Below the pieces are notes generated by a model, which saw only the letters and a list, made by a program, of their open reading frames with translations, searched no databases and was not told where the DNA came from. Shown one piece after another: positions 6,085-9,579 of a DNA stretch of 9,579 nt. The stretch covers positions 1 through 9,579 of the forward strand of contig PWLL01000038.1 in assembly GCA_003559395.1 (NCBI GenBank). The letters are read 5' to 3'. The DNA comes from Candidatus Iainarchaeum sp. (GTDB taxonomy: Archaea > Iainarchaeota > Iainarchaeia > Iainarchaeales > CSSED10-239). Position 1 is the first letter of the stretch. Each line of letters starts with the position of its first letter. The translations under genes and the position numbers were made by a program.

Positions 6085-6612
6085 GTGTTTTTTATTTTTC
6101 AAATTGATTTATTTCTTTTTTTATTACCAATATTATATATATTAATAATAAATCCACAAATAACAATCAAACAACTATTCATATTACAAGGATTTACAAA
6201 AAAAAGTTTTAAAGAAATTTTAAAAAATACCTTAACAATATTTATACTGTTGTTTTTTCTAAGTTTTTTGATTAGTTTTATTTCTAATCTGTTTAACATC
6301 TCAGATTTACATCTAGTTACAGATTTTTTCTCGCAAATCCCTTTTTATTTAATAATTTATTTTTTTATAGTTAGAGTTTTCTTAGAAGAATGGTTCTTTA
6401 GAGCCTTTTTAGTAAAAAAGATAGGCTGTTTATTTTCAAGTATCTTTTTTGCAATCGTACATGCAGGATATGGATCAATAATAGAGGTTATAGGCGCCTT
6501 TGCATTAGGTTTTGTATTAGCTGTATATTATAAAAAAACAAACCATATTTTGCCAGTTTATTTTGCACACCTTATTTATAATTTTTTAGCATTTGTTTTT
6601 ATTTTATTTTAG
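6085..6612 (+). CDS. CPBP-family (CAAX protease / Abi-like) intramembrane glutamic metalloprotease, short form; start codon uncertain
   Basis: 175 aa, polytopic and very hydrophobic. The three CPBP motifs appear in order: 'EEWFFR' (EExxxR), 'FFAIVH' (FxxxH) and 'HLIYN' (HxxxN). The protein has no internal Met. The only classical start is GTG 6085, which lies inside the SD-like GAGGGTG (6081-6087), so the true start is ambiguous. Confidence 0.78.
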   Translation: MFFIFQIDLFLFLLPILYILIINPQITIKQLFILQGFTKKSFKEILKNTLTIFILLFFLSFLISFISNLFNISDLHLVTDFFSQIPFYLIIYFFIVRVFLEEWFFRAFLVKKIGCLFSSIFFAIVHAGYGSIIEVIGAFALGFVLAVYYKKTNHILPVYFAHLIYNFLAFVFILF

Positions 6613-6908
6613 AAGATATAACAATTATGCCGATATAACTTTGTTAAGTTTTTTTTCACAAGTTCTGTTTTTAATGCCTTTTTTAAAAGTGTTTTTTATT
6701 GTGCACATGGTAATTGTTTTAAATGTGCAAAACGAACCTCTAAAAAGACGCAATATATATAAATCTACACTTCCTATATATTAATAGATAAAAGATGTGC
6801 AGAAAGAAAAAGAAAGTAGGAGTTCGAAGAAGTCTTTCTAGGGTTTTTCAGTCTAGGGGGTGTGTATGTGAGGTTTATTAAATGAATTTAGAAAAGACAA
6901 CGGATAGT

Positions 6909-6960
6909 TAGAGGGTTTATGCTCAACATGCAAGAATGTACTTTGTTTTGAAACCCTCTA
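6909..6960. other. Perfect 10-bp inverted repeat TAGAGGGTTT (6909-6918) / AAACCCTCTA (6951-6960) with a 32-nt loop, in the spacer between convergent genes
   Basis: Exact reverse complement read directly. It sits 30 nt downstream of the TraB stop (6990-6992, minus strand). It may be a bidirectional terminator-like hairpin or part of an RNA. A T-run (CTTTGTTTTG) lies inside the loop and TCTTT follows the stem on the + strand. Confidence 0.5.
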
Positions 6961-6989
6961 TCTTTAAAAATATCTTTTAAATATGTATT

Positions 6990-7727
6990 CTATTTCTTAG
7001 AAAGTTTATAAACTGTTAATAATTGTTTAATATTTATATTATTATTATCTATATTTTCAATAATACCATTAAGATGACCAGCCCCAACAACAACAACCAT
7101 ATTAGAAAAATCTGTTTTTTGAATATTATAAGCCATATATTCATCTCTTTCATCAATAAGTATTTTTTTAATTATTTTATAGTTTTTAGAAAGAAACTTC
7201 ATAATTTCTTCAATAGACTCTTCATTTAAAGTCCCTTTTTCTACATCTTCTAATAATTTATTAATATCTACGTTATTTTTCTTAGACTTAAACAAACTAA
7301 CAAAAAACATTTTAAATATTCCAAAAAAACCAATATTTTTAAATAATTTTTTTAAAGTAATATTTATGTTTCTATCTAATAACAAAACCTTTGCATTAAC
7401 TTCTTTAGCAGATCTAACAGCCATCAACATTTCTTCACCAGGCGTTGTTTTAAATTTTTTGCCTATTCTTTTTTGATATTTAGAAAGAAAATAAACAATG
7501 ATATTAAAAATAACATCTTTATTTTTAAGTGCATCTTTAAAAGTAATTTCTTTTTTAGATTTATCTAAAAGACCATGAAGTCTATTTCTATCAAGTTCTA
7601 CACCAACAACATCTGGTTGTTCTCTTAAGATAGTTTCTTTTACTTCCTCTGCACTTTTTTTAGAAACATGTGCAGTTCCAACCAAAGTAATTTTTTTATC
7701 TTCAGAGAGATTTATTGTTTTAATCAT
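6990..7727 (-). CDS. TraB/PrgY/GumN-family protein (TIKI-like putative metalloprotease fold), short soluble form
   Basis: 245 aa. 'ITLVGTAHVSKKSAEEVKETI....PDVVGVELDRNR' and C-terminal 'VVVVGAGHLNGI' are the family's GTAH...VELD..R...GAGH signature. No C-terminal transmembrane region is present in this ORF. Confidence 0.8.
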   Translation of the reverse strand: MIKTINLSEDKKITLVGTAHVSKKSAEEVKETILREQPDVVGVELDRNRLHGLLDKSKKEITFKDALKNKDVIFNIIVYFLSKYQKRIGKKFKTTPGEEMLMAVRSAKEVNAKVLLLDRNINITLKKLFKNIGFFGIFKMFFVSLFKSKKNNVDINKLLEDVEKGTLNEESIEEIMKFLSKNYKIIKKILIDERDEYMAYNIQKTDFSNMVVVVGAGHLNGIIENIDNNNINIKQLLTVYKLSKK

Positions 7728-7869
7728 AAATTTTCTTTTTTTCTGTTTTAAATATTGTTTTTTTGTACTTGTGCTTTAAAAAAAATTATATTCCAAAAAA
7801 AATACATTTAAATATGTTAACTATAATAAATATAATATAAATAGAAGTTTTAAAAAGATGTGTTATTTT
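7728..7869. promoter_or_regulatory. Divergent AT-rich promoter region with TATA-box candidates for TraB (minus) and the surface protein (plus)
   Basis: TTTAAATATT at 7747-7756 reads AATATTTAAA on the minus strand and is centred ~25 nt from the TraB ATG, implying a leaderless or near-leaderless transcript. TATAATATAAATA at 7831-7843 is centred ~32 nt upstream of the ATG at 7870. Neither gene has an SD motif, unlike the operon-internal genes. Confidence 0.5.
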
Positions 7870-9579
7870 ATGTTCAAAAAAGGATTTATAGTATTATTGT
7901 TTATATTGTTTTTAAGTAGTTTTGTGTTTGCATATGAAATTACGGACATAAATATAATTAAATCATATACAAACGACGAAACAATTCCTTATAATGTAGA
8001 AATTTCAACAACAGGAGCAGATCCTACAGAAATATCTATTTCCTTAAACTCCAATAAACAACCAAGTGCAATTGATTTTAATGCAACTAGAGTTTCGGAA
8101 GGAAATTATGAAGCCTCTTTTTATATAGATTTTACGTCAGAAACCAGTGGTTTACAAAATGGTTGGCCAAAGATAATTGTAAATGAATATGATGGGGTCG
8201 TTGTTTCTGGAGGTATTGAATCTGATGAACTTGTTGTTGATAAGATAAAACCAACTATAGGTACTTTTACTTTAGATGCACAAGGAAACAATGTTGGTAA
8301 TTTTTATCAAGGAAATGTACACGCTCTTCCTTCTGGTTATTCTGATGAACATACATATATTGAAAAGTTTGTTGCATATATTGTGCCGATTTTGGACATA
8401 GATGATTTTAAAACAAAATATATAAAAAAAGTTGATGATACTAATATTTCGCCAATAGATTTAAATATTTCAACAAATGTAAATGATGGGAATTATTTTG
8501 TTGTAGTCGATGCAAAAGATATTGCAGGAAATTATGGTGTTGAATCAGATGTTAAAAATAAAAAAGAAATATTATATTTAGATAATACTGCGCCAGAGAT
8601 AACAAGTTTTAATTTGAACAACCAACTTGAACATGAAGAAACCTATTATGTTGGTTCTTCTAATTTTTTAATTGGCATTGGTATTGAAGATAATGGAGTT
8701 GGATTAAATGAAACAGAACCACATACACAGATAACTGTAAGAGATCCAAATGATATGTTATATAATCAATATAGAGATTATAATAGTACATTTGGTGGAT
8801 TTTATGTGCCAATAGATCAAGAATTTAATAGTGGAACATATACTATAAACCTGAAAGCTTTAGATTTATTAGAAAATATTTTAGATGTTAATTTTAATAT
8901 AACTATAGATAGTGTATCACCAGACAAAAACACTTTTACAATCTCAGAAATAGAAATAGATAACGACAGAGACGTCACAATAACCTGGACAGACGCAGAA
9001 GACGATCTCTCAGGCATAAGCCATTATGAAATCTACAGAAGCACATCAAGTTTTTCAGAAATAACAACACAAACAAAACTAGGAGAAACAACAGACACAG
9101 AATATACAGACACTTCTTCAAAATCCATTAACACAAGATATTATTACGGAGTTGTTGCTGTTGATAATGCAGGAAACAAAAGTGAACCAAATGTAGAAAA
9201 TATACACACAGGTCCAAACATATCCATAACAATAGAAGACGGAGATAGATATACAAACAAAACTCACCCAACTCTAGAACTAGAATACTCCTCAGACGTA
9301 AATGCTCTAAGATTCAGTTGTAATGGAACAAACTGGTCTTCACAAGTTGAAGTTTCTGGAACAACACACACATATAATAATTTTAATATGACCTCTGGAA
9401 ATGGATGTGATTCAGAAGAAGAACAAAAAACAATATATGTCCTAGCAATAAGTGAAACCAACTATCCAGATAGAACCTCAGTTGCAACAGATACAATCAC
9501 ATATGATAAAACAGCACCAACAAGACCAACAAACGTAGAAGTTACAGAAACAGAAGGAAAAGTAAGACTTGACTGGACA
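7870..9579 (+). CDS. Large secreted/surface protein, 3'-partial (at least 570 codons): Sec signal peptide plus tandem ~100-110-aa Ig-like modules, including at least one clear fibronectin type III domain
   Basis: Hand translation of frame 1 from ATG 7870 to base 9579 has no stop (in-frame TAA upstream at 7777; alternative in-frame ATG at 7858). The N-terminus 'MFKKGFIVLLFILFLSSFVFA|YE' is a classic signal peptide. Module linkers recur: 'DKIKPT', 'DNTAPEIT', 'DSVSPD' and 'DKTAPTRP'. The FN3 signature is 'VTITWTDAEDDLSGISHYEIYRS...YTDT......YYYGVVAVDNAGNKS' (~8920-9190), and a second FN3 begins 'PTNVEVTETEGKVRLDWT' (9526-9579). There are ~12 N-x-S/T sequons. The gene is missing from the ORF track because it has no stop codon inside the window. 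Confidence 0.88.
   Translation, partial: MFKKGFIVLLFILFLSSFVFAYEITDINIIKSYTNDETIPYNVEISTTGADPTEISISLNSNKQPSAIDFNATRVSEGNYEASFYIDFTSETSGLQNGWPKIIVNEYDGVVVSGGIESDELVVDKIKPTIGTFTLDAQGNNVGNFYQGNVHALPSGYSDEHTYIEKFVAYIVPILDIDDFKTKYIKKVDDTNISPIDLNISTNVNDGNYFVVVDAKDIAGNYGVESDVKNKKEILYLDNTAPEITSFNLNNQLEHEETYYVGSSNFLIGIGIEDNGVGLNETEPHTQITVRDPNDMLYNQYRDYNSTFGGFYVPIDQEFNSGTYTINLKALDLLENILDVNFNITIDSVSPDKNTFTISEIEIDNDRDVTITWTDAEDDLSGISHYEIYRSTSSFSEITTQTKLGETTDTEYTDTSSKSINTRYYYGVVAVDNAGNKSEPNVENIHTGPNISITIEDGDRYTNKTHPTLELEYSSDVNALRFSCNGTNWSSQVEVSGTTHTYNNFNMTSGNGCDSEEEQKTIYVLAISETNYPDRTSVATDTITYDKTAPTRPTNVEVTETEGKVRLDWT

Noticed and set aside
586-6299. Minus-strand ORFs in the track (586-774, 809-1108, 1300-1650, 1475-1840, 2093-2299, 2422-2940, 3281-3511, 4817-5149, 5559-6026, 6099-6299)
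   Set aside because: All lie antisense to confidently identified conserved genes. Their products are F/L/S-rich low-complexity strings, the reverse complement of K/E/A-rich codons, with no recognisable motifs. They are shadow ORFs expected in an AT-rich genome with few antisense stops.
6593-6784. 63-aa hydrophobic ORF (TTG start; internal ATG at 6674 gives a 36-aa MPFLKVFFIVHMVIVLNVQNEPLKRRNIYKSTLPIY) as a bacteriocin-like or CPBP-substrate peptide
   Set aside because: It has a non-ATG start overlapping the CPBP 3' end, no SD before either start, and composition expected from T-rich non-coding DNA. The idea is attractive given the CPBP neighbour but unsupported without conservation data. It is mentioned only as context in the spacer finding.
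6821-6828. GTTCGAAG resembling a tRNA T-loop, raising the possibility of a tRNA or split-tRNA half
   Set aside because: The flanking bases cannot form a 5-bp T-stem on either strand (AGGAG vs AAGTC), and no acceptor, D or anticodon arms can be drawn. Local GC of ~36% is far below what tRNAs show in AT-rich archaea.
6795-6881. 28-aa basic ORF as a missed small ribosomal protein (L39e/L41e-like)
   Set aside because: The KKKVGVRRSLSRVFQSR stretch superficially recalls the L39e N-terminus (K..GKK.RLAKA.KQNRR). However, the register does not align. The conserved downstream VP.W...KT and RRHWRR segments are absent in all three frames, and the ORF is too short. It is kept only as a possible micropeptide or ncRNA region.
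6841-6915. G-runs (GGG 6841-6843, GGGGG 6856-6860, GGG 6913-6915) as a G-quadruplex
   Set aside because: There are only three runs of G3 or longer, separated by loops of 12 and 52 nt. This does not satisfy a four-tract quadruplex pattern.
7023-7229. Plus-strand 68-aa ORF inside the TraB gene
   Set aside because: It is antisense to the well-supported TraB CDS. The product is an I/N/F-rich low-complexity peptide with no start context.
7858-7869. ATG 7858 as the surface-protein start (MCYFMFKK...)
   Set aside because: It is in-frame and cannot be excluded. However, MFKKG followed by the hydrophobic core is a canonical signal-peptide n-region, and the nearest TATA-like box (7831-7843) predicts a TSS at about 7860-7865, downstream of 7858.
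8817-9461. Minus-strand ORFs 8817-9017 and 9264-9461
   Set aside because: Both are antisense shadows within the 570-codon surface-protein frame, which has a signal peptide and FN3 signatures. They have no motif support of their own.

Overview
AT-rich (about 30% GC by eye), tightly packed archaeal sequence, judged archaeal from e-type ribosomal proteins, aIF2-gamma, aIF5B, Rpo7 and Spt4. The style resembles a small-genome, possibly DPANN-like lineage, but that cannot be proven from this window. Bases 1-6074 are one same-strand block of the conserved archaeal translation/transcription supercluster: repeat-tailed upstream gene, rps28e, rpl24e, aIF5B, rps6e, aIF2-gamma, Fcf1-like PIN, Rpo7/RpoE', Spt4/RpoE'', rps24e, rps27ae. 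Spacers are 0-25 nt or the genes overlap. From 6085 the window looks accessory: a short CPBP-family intramembrane protease, a 377-bp non-coding spacer, a convergent short TraB-family gene, and a 142-bp divergent AT-rich promoter region. It ends with an ORF of at least 570 codons (7870 to the window end) that the supplied ORF track omits because it has no stop in the window. That ORF encodes a signal-peptide-bearing, sequon-rich, multi-module Ig-like/FN3 surface protein. I see no CRISPR array, tRNA/rRNA, transposase or recognisable defence system. Five things seem most worth follow-up. (1) The unlisted giant surface-protein ORF. (2) An abrupt codon-usage break inside it at a domain boundary. 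(3) Long K/E-rich tandem-repeat tails on housekeeping proteins (S24e, Rpo7, the upstream gene). (4) The anomalously long, motif-rich CPBP/TraB spacer. (5) The CPBP-TraB-adhesin neighbourhood itself. None of these amounts to a demonstrated new system; they are hypotheses.
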